Virus record (IMG/VR): IMGVR_UViG_3300010885_054390
Span: 1 to 64,000 of that record
Strand: one strand, 5' to 3'
Source: a virus
DNA: 64,000 bases
Positions within the stretch are counted from its first letter, which is position 1, and every line of letters starts with the position of its first letter. The translations under genes and the position numbers were made by a program. Positions 18,835 through 27,300 of this stretch are shown one piece after another. The notes under the pieces are model-generated. The model did not search any database. It was given only the letters and a program-made list of their open reading frames with translations, and was not told where the DNA came from.

Positions 18835-20999
18835 AATCGACAACGTTATTCAAGCTACCGTCCCTTTTGGGACATGAAGTAAGTCCATGCGTGCCTTGGG
18901 AGGAGAAACACCCATCTTGGAAGACGCCGAAGAACAAGCAGGAGGCGGATGCAGCCGCTAGCGACCCTCACTATGACGGATGTTATATTTCCGCCTACGA
19001 GGGTCTAACGCCGGGTCTTCGGGTAACCGCCACTAACAAGCCTTTTAAGATGCACGGCATTATCGCCGACTTCGATTGCTTAGTTAGACCGGAGGATATG
19101 GAGGAAACCTTTAAGAATATGCGGGATGAGAACCGCCCAACGGCCTACCATAACACTATGTCGGGGGGTGTGCGGGCTATTTGGATGTTTGAGACCCCCA
19201 TTCCAATCTATGGAGAGGCTCACGATACAGTTGTTAGTCATTTGTTAGATGTCCTTCATATCAAGAAGCTTTTCCCGAGGCTTGACCCTTGTGTGAAGCA
19301 GGCCAATCAGTATTACATTTGGAGCCCACACAATCTAACAGTTACTAAGAACTTATTGGCCTCGGAGCGGTTAAACGCCATTGTCTTCGACGCCTTGGAT
19401 CGTAAGAAGAACTTTAAGGGCAACGGAGATGTGGAAATACCCCTCGAGGAGGTTAAGAAGAGGGTGGAGGAGCTTTATCCGGGTGGATGGACTGGCTCCT
19501 TCGAGCCGAAGAGCCGTGGTAATCCTTTCTGGAACCCCAGCCGTAATTCCCCACGGGCAGCGATGGTTACGCCGACGGGAATGGTGGCCTTTGGTGAGGA
19601 GAAAGGTTTCTTCACTTGGGGAGAACTCCTTGGAAGAGATTGGGTAGAGGGCTTTGAGCAGGCGAGATTTGGTAGGCCTTCCTCCGAGTGGTTCTTCAAC
19701 ACCGATAGGTATTGGAAAAAAGATAACCACGGAGCTTGGAGATCCTATGCGAAGGAAGACGCCAGATTGGAAATCCAACACCGCTATAGGCTCTCGAAGC
19801 GACCACGCAATCCCGACGACCTAAGTGAAGTTGACCGCGCCTTGGTCCACATCCGAGAGGTGAACACCGTCGAGGGAGTTATTCCGCTCCCCTTCCATCC
19901 AGAAGATGTAGTTTACTTGGAGGACATCGGGAAGGTCATTAACACCTCGAAGGTTCGTCCGATGGAGCACGCAGAAAAGGCCGGAGAGTGGGGGGAACAC
20001 TTTCCATTCCTAGCCAAGTTCTTTACGGGCTTCTTCGAGGACGAAGACTCCGTCGACCCTCTCCCGTATTTTCTTGCTTGGATTAAGCGCTTTTACGTAG
20101 GTGGCCTACATAAGAAGCCGAATCAGGGTCAGGCAATCTTTTTGGCCGGAGGCGTAGGTACGGGCAAGACTCTATTGGGTCAGGTTATCCTTGGGTACAT
20201 TATTGGGGGCTTTAGTGATGCCTCTGCGTATCTTTGCGGTTCTACAAGCTGGAACGGGCATTTGCTTCGCGTTCCATTGTGGAGCGTCGACGATACAATG
20301 GCAGCCGTAAGCTACGACAAGCACGCGGCCTTCAGTAATATGATTAAGCGAGGAGTAGCCAACGTCACGCACGTCTACGAGGAGAAATATGCTCCCACGG
20401 TTAAGATGACTTGGAAGGGTAGGATTGTCGTGACGATGAACGATGATGCCGAGAGCATTAACGCCATCCCGCTTCCAGACGGGAGCATCCTCGACAAGAT
20501 TATGTTGTTCAAGGTCGCTCACCGTAGATTTCCCTTCCCGAAGGGAGATGTGCTGGAATACACCATTAAACAAGAGCTGCCACATTTGCTAGCGTGGCTT
20601 ATGAAGTGGGAAATACCAGAGGAAGTAATTTCAAAGGATGAGCGCTTCGGGGTGCGGAGCTACCATCATCCAACCCTTCTTGCGGGAGCCAAAGTGCAGA
20701 CCCGTGGAAATATGATGTCGGAGCTCATCGACCTTTGGGTAGAGACCAAGAGGGAGAAAGAGGAATCTGTTTGGGACGGGACGGCTACCGACCTGTTCCT
20801 AGATATGTCAGTGAATGACAGGCTTACCTCTGTTATCCGAAGCTATATCCCTTCTGCGGACGCCCTTGGGAGGCGTATGTCGATCCTATTGAACATTCGA
20901 GAGGACATCAAGAGAGCCATAACCAAGGGTAGGGCAAAGTACTTTATAACCATCCCAGCCTTGGATAAGCCAAAGGAAGGGGTTAAACTGAAGCTATGA
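18831..20999 (+). CDS. Primase-helicase (AEP-like N terminus, SF3/DUF5906 ATPase)
   Basis: IIADFD, TMSGG.R..W, Walker A GGVGTGKT, VDD, VTMN. Confidence 0.8.
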   Translation: MKSTTLFKLPSLLGHEVSPCVPWEEKHPSWKTPKNKQEADAAASDPHYDGCYISAYEGLTPGLRVTATNKPFKMHGIIADFDCLVRPEDMEETFKNMRDENRPTAYHNTMSGGVRAIWMFETPIPIYGEAHDTVVSHLLDVLHIKKLFPRLDPCVKQANQYYIWSPHNLTVTKNLLASERLNAIVFDALDRKKNFKGNGDVEIPLEEVKKRVEELYPGGWTGSFEPKSRGNPFWNPSRNSPRAAMVTPTGMVAFGEEKGFFTWGELLGRDWVEGFEQARFGRPSSEWFFNTDRYWKKDNHGAWRSYAKEDARLEIQHRYRLSKRPRNPDDLSEVDRALVHIREVNTVEGVIPLPFHPEDVVYLEDIGKVINTSKVRPMEHAEKAGEWGEHFPFLAKFFTGFFEDEDSVDPLPYFLAWIKRFYVGGLHKKPNQGQAIFLAGGVGTGKTLLGQVILGYIIGGFSDASAYLCGSTSWNGHLLRVPLWSVDDTMAAVSYDKHAAFSNMIKRGVANVTHVYEEKYAPTVKMTWKGRIVVTMNDDAESINAIPLPDGSILDKIMLFKVAHRRFPFPKGDVLEYTIKQELPHLLAWLMKWEIPEEVISKDERFGVRSYHHPTLLAGAKVQTRGNMMSELIDLWVETKREKEESVWDGTATDLFLDMSVNDRLTSVIRSYIPSADALGRRMSILLNIREDIKRAITKGRAKYFITIPALDKPKEGVKLKL

Positions 21000-21196
21000 T
21001 CTCTAATATGGAGGTAATTGCGTCGATTGCACTAACATTGCTGTATTGGGTATTTATGTACATATTATTGCCAGTTGTGTGCGTTACCCTTGCAATTTTA
21101 CTGCTAATAGTAAGTATTGCCTTTGCTTTAGTGGTTAAGAATAGGTACAAAGGGCCAAACTGGTTCCTGCGGAAACCAAGGCGCCCATTCCCATAA
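20996..21196 (+). CDS. Small membrane protein
   Basis: Long hydrophobic stretch, basic C terminus, ATGA overlap. Confidence 0.5.
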   Translation: MISNMEVIASIALTLLYWVFMYILLPVVCVTLAILLLIVSIAFALVVKNRYKGPNWFLRKPRRPFP

Positions 21197-21197
21197 C

Positions 21198-21280
21198 GGG
21201 CAGATACCGAAGCGGTTAAACGGGGAAGACTGTAAATCTTCTGGCTTACGCCTTCAGTGGTTCGAATCCACTTCTGCCCA
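21198..21280 (+). tRNA. tRNA-Tyr(GUA)
   Basis: Acceptor GGGCAGA/TCTGCCC-A, anticodon arm GAAGA-CTGTAAA-TCTTC, long variable arm, T-arm AGTGG-TTCGAAT-CCACT; CCA not encoded. Confidence 0.95.
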
Positions 21281-21300
21281 ATCCTTTAAACACCCCTTTG

Positions 21301-21505
21301 GGGTGGTCTTGTACCCCGGGGGTGGACTTAAATAGGCTTGGTTTTTGATTTGTAAGTCGTTGATGGCCAGAGCCGGGGTGGACTTAAATATACTTACTTA
21401 ACTTCAAAAAGAGTTTATTATAGTATGTATATGTGTTTTGCTCAGAGCCACGGCCCCTCCTGCCGGAAAGTCTTTGGGGGTACTTACTAAGTCCGAAGTC
21501 CACCC
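21301..21505. repeat. Iteron-like repeats around an AT-rich core (candidate replication origin)
   Basis: GGGTGGACTT at 21320 and 21376, variant at 21301, inverted copy AAGTCCACCC at 21496; AT-rich core about 21385-21440. Confidence 0.55.
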
Positions 21506-21550
21506 TAAGTTTTTCTTTGCATTTTGCAACGAAACCTGTACAACTTGCAA

Positions 21551-21955
21551 ATGGACAACGAACAACCACCAAAAGACATCGCTAAGAACGGCGTTCTACT
21601 ATTAACTTCTTTTGTTGCAGCTCAGAATCAATTCCGTATTTACCATTGGCAGACTAGATCTTTCTCGCAGCACGAAGCCTTCGGGAAAACCTATGAATCC
21701 CTTTCCGAGCACGTAGACGAGTTTATAGAAGTATTTATGGGCAAGTACGGCAGGATTATTGCCGATACGGCTTTTAATTTTACTCTTCAAAATTATTCAG
21801 AGGCTGCATTGGTTTACGCTGACAGATTTGAAGAATTTCTTGTTGATATGGTTCCAGCTATGTTGGACCCCACTGACGACACAGACCTATTAAATATTCG
21901 AGACGAGATTCTTGCAGCGGTAAACAAGCTTCAATATCTCCTGACCCTCAGTTAA
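21551..21955 (+). CDS. Ferritin/Dps-like four-helix protein (DUF5856-type)
   Basis: YHWQT..F..HEAFG..YE..D.FIE..MGKYGR...DLLNIRDE...KL.YLLTL; start at MDNEQ behind TTGCAT-N16-TACAAC. Confidence 0.75.
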   Translation: MDNEQPPKDIAKNGVLLLTSFVAAQNQFRIYHWQTRSFSQHEAFGKTYESLSEHVDEFIEVFMGKYGRIIADTAFNFTLQNYSEAALVYADRFEEFLVDMVPAMLDPTDDTDLLNIRDEILAAVNKLQYLLTLS

Positions 21956-21963
21956 ACGTTTTA

Positions 21964-22188
21964 ATGACGTTTCTACCCATTGAGAGGTGGGTGCAAACAC
22001 CCTTAGGTCAGGCTCTATGGATTGCCGTTATTGACTACGGCCTAAGCCACAATCCCGTATACCTTGTAGAAATTTGCTCGACCGGAGAGCATCGCTGTAT
22101 AGATATGAGAGAGATCCGAGGAATGGAAAATCAAACCTATGATATGCCAAGGCCCAAGCAACCCGAAGCACGAGACCCGATGATATGA
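21964..22188 (+). CDS. Hypothetical protein
   Basis: Contiguous ORF; VQTPLG motif. Confidence 0.6.
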   Translation: MTFLPIERWVQTPLGQALWIAVIDYGLSHNPVYLVEICSTGEHRCIDMREIRGMENQTYDMPRPKQPEARDPMI

Positions 22189-22457
22189 AAACTCTATCTC
22201 GAAGCGCGAAACGCGAAGCAATAGCCGAGCTTAACGAAGACGCTATGTTTGCAGACGATCACGACAACGCTCTTATTGGTTTCATGGAACACTTTTCAGT
22301 TGGGCCAGTTGCAACGTACGACAAAGCAATTGTCCTTAAGAACCTTTGCGAACGAGACGGGATGAGCGAAGAAGATGCGGAGGAGTGGTTTTACTACAAC
22401 ATCCTTGGCTCGTATGTTGGCAGCGGAACCCCGGCCTTTTTGACTTTTTTGAAATGA
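22185..22457 (+). CDS. Conserved phage hypothetical protein
   Basis: DNALIG...YD...DGMSEEDAEEWFYYNILGSYVG..TP pattern, recognised from aquatic phages. Confidence 0.7.
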   Translation: MKTLSRSAKREAIAELNEDAMFADDHDNALIGFMEHFSVGPVATYDKAIVLKNLCERDGMSEEDAEEWFYYNILGSYVGSGTPAFLTFLK

Positions 22458-22636
22458 TCTTTGAAGATGAAGATTCCATTCGGATTCTATCTACGGGCGA
22501 AATTATACCCGTCGGCAAATGGATTGGCCGCTATGAGCCGGACGATGATTATATTGTTTACTACACTTCCTCAAACGGTTTAATGTTTGGGACCCAATCG
22601 TCGGACATTGAAATAATAAAACGCAAAGGATCTTGA
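22454..22636 (+). CDS. Hypothetical protein
   Basis: Start re-called at the ATGA overlap (MIFEDED). Confidence 0.5.
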   Translation: MIFEDEDSIRILSTGEIIPVGKWIGRYEPDDDYIVYYTSSNGLMFGTQSSDIEIIKRKGS

Positions 22637-22639
22637 CCC

Positions 22640-22927
22640 ATGAGCGATACAATCAATAATTCAAATAAGCACTGGCCTCAAACTGAAATGAAGAAAGATT
22701 TCTCGTTGGAGCGAGAGTTGGATAAACTTCATAAGTTTTACGGCAAAATCGTGGAGCACTGCGAAATGTACCATAAAGAAGTTAAAAGCCTTACCGCACG
22801 CCTAGACGAAAGTTGGTCTATGGTTAAATCCAGTAACGACACCATTCTTAAACTTCAGGAAGAAGTAAAAGCCCTACAAGCGAAGATGGACGCACACTCA
22901 AATGATTTCAAAAGCCTCCCCCAGTAA
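22640..22927 (+). CDS. Coiled-coil hypothetical protein
   Basis: Heptad pattern; contiguous ORF. Confidence 0.55.
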   Translation: MSDTINNSNKHWPQTEMKKDFSLERELDKLHKFYGKIVEHCEMYHKEVKSLTARLDESWSMVKSSNDTILKLQEEVKALQAKMDAHSNDFKSLPQ

Positions 22928-23174
22928 AGAGTTTCTTTTTAAGATCCGGAATACCCGGAAGATAGACATGGTCGAGCTGGACATCGACTGCGCCCCCCAT
23001 GTTATTGACGGGCTTGTGGCCTACGGTATGAATTTAATTAAAGATGACAAAGAAGCCCTTTTCAACTACGCCTTTAACGCGGCCCTCAAAGAATACCTCA
23101 AAGACAAAAAAGCCAGTGGGCCGGCTCGAAAAAGCCTTACAAAAAAAGATTCGAAGCGGCGAAAAAGCTCTTGA
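22902..23174 (+). CDS. Hypothetical protein
   Basis: Contiguous ORF with basic tail. Confidence 0.55.
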   Translation: MISKASPSKEFLFKIRNTRKIDMVELDIDCAPHVIDGLVAYGMNLIKDDKEALFNYAFNAALKEYLKDKKASGPARKSLTKKDSKRRKSS

Positions 23175-23380
23175 TAAGTATTTGGCGATCCGTACCAAGC
23201 GGCTTGGTAAGTAAGCTTCTGCTTCTACCTTCTTTAGCTTTCTACCTTCTCGGCGATCTAGTTAGCCGAACCCTTCTCCGTATTGGCTTTGGTTACCGGC
23301 TGTACAGCACTCTTATGGAGTGGTCGCTGGTCTTAGACAGAGAAGACCGAATCTGGAAACCCGTAGATACTGTAAAATAG
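23171..23380 (+). CDS. Small hydrophobic hypothetical protein
   Basis: TTGA overlap; last gene of the unit. Confidence 0.45.
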   Translation: MISIWRSVPSGLVSKLLLLPSLAFYLLGDLVSRTLLRIGFGYRLYSTLMEWSLVLDREDRIWKPVDTVK

Positions 23381-23515
23381 TCGAGGGGTGTTAAGGATAG
23401 AAGCGTGGGCTGTCTCCCTTTCGGGGTTCCCAATTTTCGTCCGGAGTTTTCCTCCGACTCTAATCCCCTCATTATATATACGCCGTTTCCGGGGGCCAAA
23501 ATCAACCAAAAATAA

Positions 23516-23581
23516 TTTTTTTTTTTTGTAAGAGAGTCAATAATTAGCGAACGCGGGGCGGGGGTGGGGGCGGGAGGGGGC
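23516..23581. other. T12 run plus five G-runs: candidate genome terminus / pac region
   Basis: ggggcgggggtgggggcgggaggggg at 23555-23580 beside the TerS 3' end; k-mer composition switches here. Confidence 0.5.
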
Positions 23582-23697
23582 GTGTCTGAAGTCTGACGCC
23601 TGCGTCTGAAGACAGGGGTGCCCCCGTCATCCGATAAGTCGCACAATAGACAGTGTATCAACTACGTTGATATCTGTCTAACAATCAACGCAGTTGT

Positions 23698-24258
23698 TTA
23701 ACTGCCTTCGGCAGGCTTAACCGACGTTTCGATTGCTATCGAATCCCGAATCTGATTCGGATTCGACTTCAAATTGGGATTCGAAGCGAGGAAAGCGACA
23801 TTGATAATCGGACGATTATCACCTTTAACTTGCTGTGCTTCAATACCATAGACTGACTTCGCCACACTATGAACCTTGTTCATAGCGTTAAAAGTAGTGT
23901 CGACCTCTGAAACTGATACCATTGAACTCTGTTCAATAGCAACGAGGCCTCGGTCAACCTGTTTCTGCACCCTTTCAAGGTATCGTTTCTGTAAATTAGT
24001 AACATTGTCTTCGACAATCGACTGCTGTATTGCAATGGCTCTATTGGCTGTTTGCTCTAGTATTGCATCTCTCTCCTCGAACCATTTACCTCTTGATACC
24101 CAAGAGTTAATGGTTCCCAACTTGAGACCATACTTCTCTGCCAACTGATTGTTAGTGAGTCTAGTGGTCATGTAAGCAATCTTGACCTGCTCTTTAACGT
24201 TCTTCCCAACTCTATAACGTTTCCCGTTATTAGAGTTGCTCTGCTCTGTTAAGCTCAT
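23698..24258 (-). CDS. terS: Terminase small subunit (putative)
   Basis: HTH NNQLAEKYGLKLGTINSWVSRGKW, helical middle, C-terminal PIINVAFL; start at MSLTEQ behind TTGCTA-N16-TAGCAT. Confidence 0.7.
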   Translation of the reverse strand: MSLTEQSNSNNGKRYRVGKNVKEQVKIAYMTTRLTNNQLAEKYGLKLGTINSWVSRGKWFEERDAILEQTANRAIAIQQSIVEDNVTNLQKRYLERVQKQVDRGLVAIEQSSMVSVSEVDTTFNAMNKVHSVAKSVYGIEAQQVKGDNRPIINVAFLASNPNLKSNPNQIRDSIAIETSVKPAEGS

Positions 24259-24327
24259 CTTCAATCTATGCTACAAAGAGTTAGAACAATAGCAATACCG
24301 AAGCACGTTGAATCTTACGCGAGCCTT

Positions 24328-24508
24328 TTAATAGTGTATTGCATTGCAATACTCTATTAACCCTTGTCAACGAAGCACTTTCCTCTGTAGCAATTACCCC
24401 GTTTATATATGACTATTCAGATAGTCATATTTAAACGACTCTGAAAAGCGACGCCGTTTACCCTTGGATCCTTTAGATCCAAGGATAAACGAACAGAATC
24501 CTACAGAG
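24328..24508. repeat. Cluster of three long near-perfect inverted repeats
   Basis: 24328-24360, 24400-24437 and 24455-24491, each with 16-17 bp arms and one mismatch; outer stem CTCTGTAG/CTACAGAG. Confidence 0.85.
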
Positions 24509-24600
24509 AGGCGAACCTATGTCTGCACCAGCTTGCAAGCACCTAGTACGCAAAAAAGCGTACGTCATAGCGTACACATAACGCGACTTCTCACCTTCGG

Positions 24601-24630
24601 TGTCACCGCCGTTTAACCGACCTCAACCTA
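24601..24630 (+). promoter_or_regulatory. Early bipartite motif copy 1
   Basis: TGTCACCG-ccgtttaaccgac-CTCAACCTA. Confidence 0.75.
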
Positions 24631-24696
24631 TTTAGCGACATCGAAACTTGCCGTTGGCGAGATCGGCGTCGAACCCAAAAAAGGAAAATCAATAAC

Positions 24697-24795
24697 ATGA
24701 CAACATACGAACAAGCCTACACGGAACTCTGCGAACTCTTCGGAGTCGACAGCGACGAAACCCTTGCCATCAACCCCCCGTACCTAGTGGACTAG
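24697..24795 (+). CDS. 32-aa acidic peptide
   Basis: MTTYEQAYTELCELFGVDSDETLAINPPYLVD with aagga RBS; first ORF after motif 1. Confidence 0.5.
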   Translation: MTTYEQAYTELCELFGVDSDETLAINPPYLVD

Positions 24796-24820
24796 TCCAC
24801 TACACAAGGAGACCACCACG

Positions 24821-25129
24821 ATGAACCTACCCACCTACAGCGAAGCCGTAGCCACGGAGATCAGCACGCTCCGTAAGCGTTTGGAAGTGCTCGAGCAAAC
24901 CCTTTGCCTCCCTCCGAGGAAAGCCAAAAGCTCCCTCCCAAGCTGGCTGAATGACAAAGACCTCCGCTCCCACGAACAGAGGAGAGCCGAGTCCGTTCAC
25001 TCTGCGACGAAGCTCCGCATAGAGTCTGCCTACGTTGCCATCCTCGAAGGACGCTCGGCGTCACTCAAGGATTGTGCAAGGGAGCATCGAGTGAGTCGCT
25101 CAACCCTAAAAACTGCCTTCAAAAGCTGA
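24821..25129 (+). CDS. HTH-containing hypothetical protein
   Basis: aaggag RBS; C-terminal SLKDCAREHRVSRSTL. Confidence 0.6.
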   Translation: MNLPTYSEAVATEISTLRKRLEVLEQTLCLPPRKAKSSLPSWLNDKDLRSHEQRRAESVHSATKLRIESAYVAILEGRSASLKDCAREHRVSRSTLKTAFKS

Positions 25130-25148
25130 ACCAAAGGAGAACATACAC

Positions 25149-25244
25149 ATGACACCCGAAGCCCTCGACATCCTAGACACCATCGTAAGAGTAGCGATAC
25201 CCGTAGTCGTAACTGGCCTATTCGTAGCCTGCTTCCACAGGTGA
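25149..25244 (+). CDS. 31-aa single-TM peptide
   Basis: aaggag RBS; MTPEALDILDTIVRVAIPVVVTGLFVACFHR. Confidence 0.5.
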   Translation: MTPEALDILDTIVRVAIPVVVTGLFVACFHR

Positions 25245-25279
25245 AGAAAAGCCCGAAGCCTTCGACCACCCCATAGGGG

Positions 25280-25309
25280 TGTCACCGAAAGTTTAAACGG
25301 CTCAACCTA
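25280..25309 (+). promoter_or_regulatory. Early bipartite motif copy 2
   Basis: TGTCACCG-aaagtttaaacgg-CTCAACCTA, 6 nt before an ATG. Confidence 0.8.
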
Positions 25310-25315
25310 ATTACC

Positions 25316-25483
25316 ATGAACAACGAAACCGCAACCATCCTCGACGAACTCGAGCAACGAGTCTCTGATATGTATGTCAGCGACTTGTCTACTGGCGAGA
25401 ACAAAGGTGCATCACCCTTGGACTACGTCCGCTGGGCAATCGAGGAGATCGAAGCAAACCACCAACCCATCCTGAAAGGATAA
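25316..25483 (+). CDS. 55-aa acidic hypothetical protein
   Basis: MNNETATILDELEQRVSDMY...; below the ORF-track cutoff. Confidence 0.55.
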   Translation: MNNETATILDELEQRVSDMYVSDLSTGENKGASPLDYVRWAIEEIEANHQPILKG

Positions 25484-25490
25484 AAAAACC

Positions 25491-26078
25491 ATGAACAAAA
25501 CCCGCGAACAATGGCTACAGAAGGCAGTCGAAGCACTCGACTCGAAGCTCTTCAAGCCTAAAAACCTCTCGCTACCCAAACGCATCCGAGTATCCGTCGG
25601 ATGGCCAGGGGGGCGTGCAGACAGGAGCAAAGCTGTCGGTCAACACTGGAAGCCAACTGCCTCCTCTGACAACCACCACGAAATCTTCATCTCTCCGAAG
25701 ATCGCCTCGAACGGACTGGAAGTCCTGTCCACCTTGGCACATGAGCTTGTCCATGCACAAGTCTTCGCCGAGTACCCCGACGAAGGCCACGGGAAGAACT
25801 TTCGCCGAGTGGCCAACGCCATCGGCCTCGAAGGCGACCCGAAGGTGTGTGGTGCAGGTGAAAAGCTCCGCAACGGCTTACTCAAGGACTTCATCCTTCT
25901 CGAAGGCGATTTCCCCTCGGGAAGCATCGACTTCTCACAGCGGAAGAAGGACAGCACTCGTCTCATCAAGGCAGAGTGTAAGGCTTGCGGATTCGTAATC
26001 CGTACGTCCCGCAAGTGGATTGAGGACATCGGCCTGCCCATCTGCAAGTGTGGCGGAGATTTCCACGAACCCAAATAA
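25491..26078 (+). CDS. SprT-like zinc metalloprotease with C-terminal Zn ribbon
   Basis: TLAHELVHA...GHG.NF; CKACG...ICKCG. Confidence 0.75.
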   Translation: MNKTREQWLQKAVEALDSKLFKPKNLSLPKRIRVSVGWPGGRADRSKAVGQHWKPTASSDNHHEIFISPKIASNGLEVLSTLAHELVHAQVFAEYPDEGHGKNFRRVANAIGLEGDPKVCGAGEKLRNGLLKDFILLEGDFPSGSIDFSQRKKDSTRLIKAECKACGFVIRTSRKWIEDIGLPICKCGGDFHEPK

Positions 26079-26091
26079 CCACCCTAAAGGG

Positions 26092-26121
26092 TGTCACCGA
26101 AAGTTTAAACGACTCAACCTA
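26092..26121 (+). promoter_or_regulatory. Early bipartite motif copy 3
   Basis: TGTCACCG-aaagtttaaacga-CTCAACCTA. Confidence 0.8.
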
Positions 26122-26150
26122 ATTGGCCAACCGAAAGGAAAACAACGACC

Positions 26151-27239
26151 ATGAACCCATACAACCTCACACTCAACCAACTTCGCCAAGAATGTGCGAA
26201 GCGTGGCATCGGCTCCCCCAAATGGAGAGCCAACGCCATCGTCGACGAGCTCCGCTCTGCCCTGCAAACCGCAGATCGTGATACTGGCGACTACACACCC
26301 ACCCCAACCCCACAGGAGGACACACCATTGAAGACCGAAACCCCCACACCTACACCTAGCGGTGACGCATTGGCAAGCACACTGCTCCAAGCCCTGCTCC
26401 CTCACCTTCCACAGCAAGGCATCCAAGAGGCTCGAGTACGGCAAATCGTCGCCGAGATCATCGAAGCACGAAGCCCGAGGGAGGTTCGAGTTGAGCTCCC
26501 CTCTGGTGAGAAGGTTGACGTTGGAATTGTGCATCAATCGTTTAACCGCATCCTGCAAGCTGTCTCCGCAAACATCAGCGGTGGCATCCTGCTCGTCGGC
26601 GGTGCTGGTGCAGGGAAGACAACGACCTGCCACAAGGTGGCCGACGCCTTGAAGCTCCCCTTCCGCACCATCAGTGTGTGTAAGCAAACCACCCTCTCTC
26701 ACCTCGTCGGCTTTATCAACGTAAGCGGGGAGTATGTAAGCACACCCTTCCGTGAAGCCTACGAAAAAGGTGGAGTATTCCTCCTCGACGAGTTCGACGC
26801 TGGCAATGAGAACGTGGTGCTGGCTCTCAATTCAGCCCTTGCCAACGGCATCTGCGAGTTCCCCGACAAGCAGATCGAGCGACACAAGGACTTCCGTTGC
26901 CTTGCATCGGCCAACACCTACGGCACTGGTGCAACCCTGCAATTCGTCGGTAGGAATAAGCTCGACGGAGCAACCCTCGACCGCTTCGTGGTCATCGAGC
27001 ATGACTACGACTCGAAGCTCGAGATCGCCCTTTGCGGGAATGACAAGTGGGCAGAGCGTGTGGTGAGCATCCGCAAGTCCATCGACAAGCTGGGCATCCG
27101 CCACATCGTCAGCCCTCGGGCATCCATCAACGGAGCCAAGCTACTCGCCATCGGTTGGAAGCAGGCCGAGGTGGAGCAGGCGGTCATCTGGAAGGGCTTG
27201 GACAAGAGCGAGGTACAGCGAGTGCTGGCCACCCTCTAA
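26151..27239 (+). CDS. MoxR/CbbQ-like AAA+ ATPase
   Basis: GGAGAGKT, LLDEFD, SANTYG, LDGATLDRF, SPRASI. Confidence 0.88.
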   Translation: MNPYNLTLNQLRQECAKRGIGSPKWRANAIVDELRSALQTADRDTGDYTPTPTPQEDTPLKTETPTPTPSGDALASTLLQALLPHLPQQGIQEARVRQIVAEIIEARSPREVRVELPSGEKVDVGIVHQSFNRILQAVSANISGGILLVGGAGAGKTTTCHKVADALKLPFRTISVCKQTTLSHLVGFINVSGEYVSTPFREAYEKGGVFLLDEFDAGNENVVLALNSALANGICEFPDKQIERHKDFRCLASANTYGTGATLQFVGRNKLDGATLDRFVVIEHDYDSKLEIALCGNDKWAERVVSIRKSIDKLGIRHIVSPRASINGAKLLAIGWKQAEVEQAVIWKGLDKSEVQRVLATL

Positions 27240-27242
27240 AGA

Positions 27243-27272
27243 GGTCACCCATCCACAACCTACGTCAACCTA
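27243..27272 (+). promoter_or_regulatory. Early bipartite motif copy 4 (variant)
   Basis: GGTCACCC-atccacaacctac-GTCAACCTA; the downstream leader resembles that of copy 3. Confidence 0.6.
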
Positions 27273-27300
27273 ACTGCCAACCGAAAGGACAAACCTACCC

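Noticed and set aside
21198-21280. tRNA as a prophage attachment site
   Set aside because: Phage genes on both sides, no integrase and no duplicated 3' end; the 28213 hairpin has a different stem sequence.
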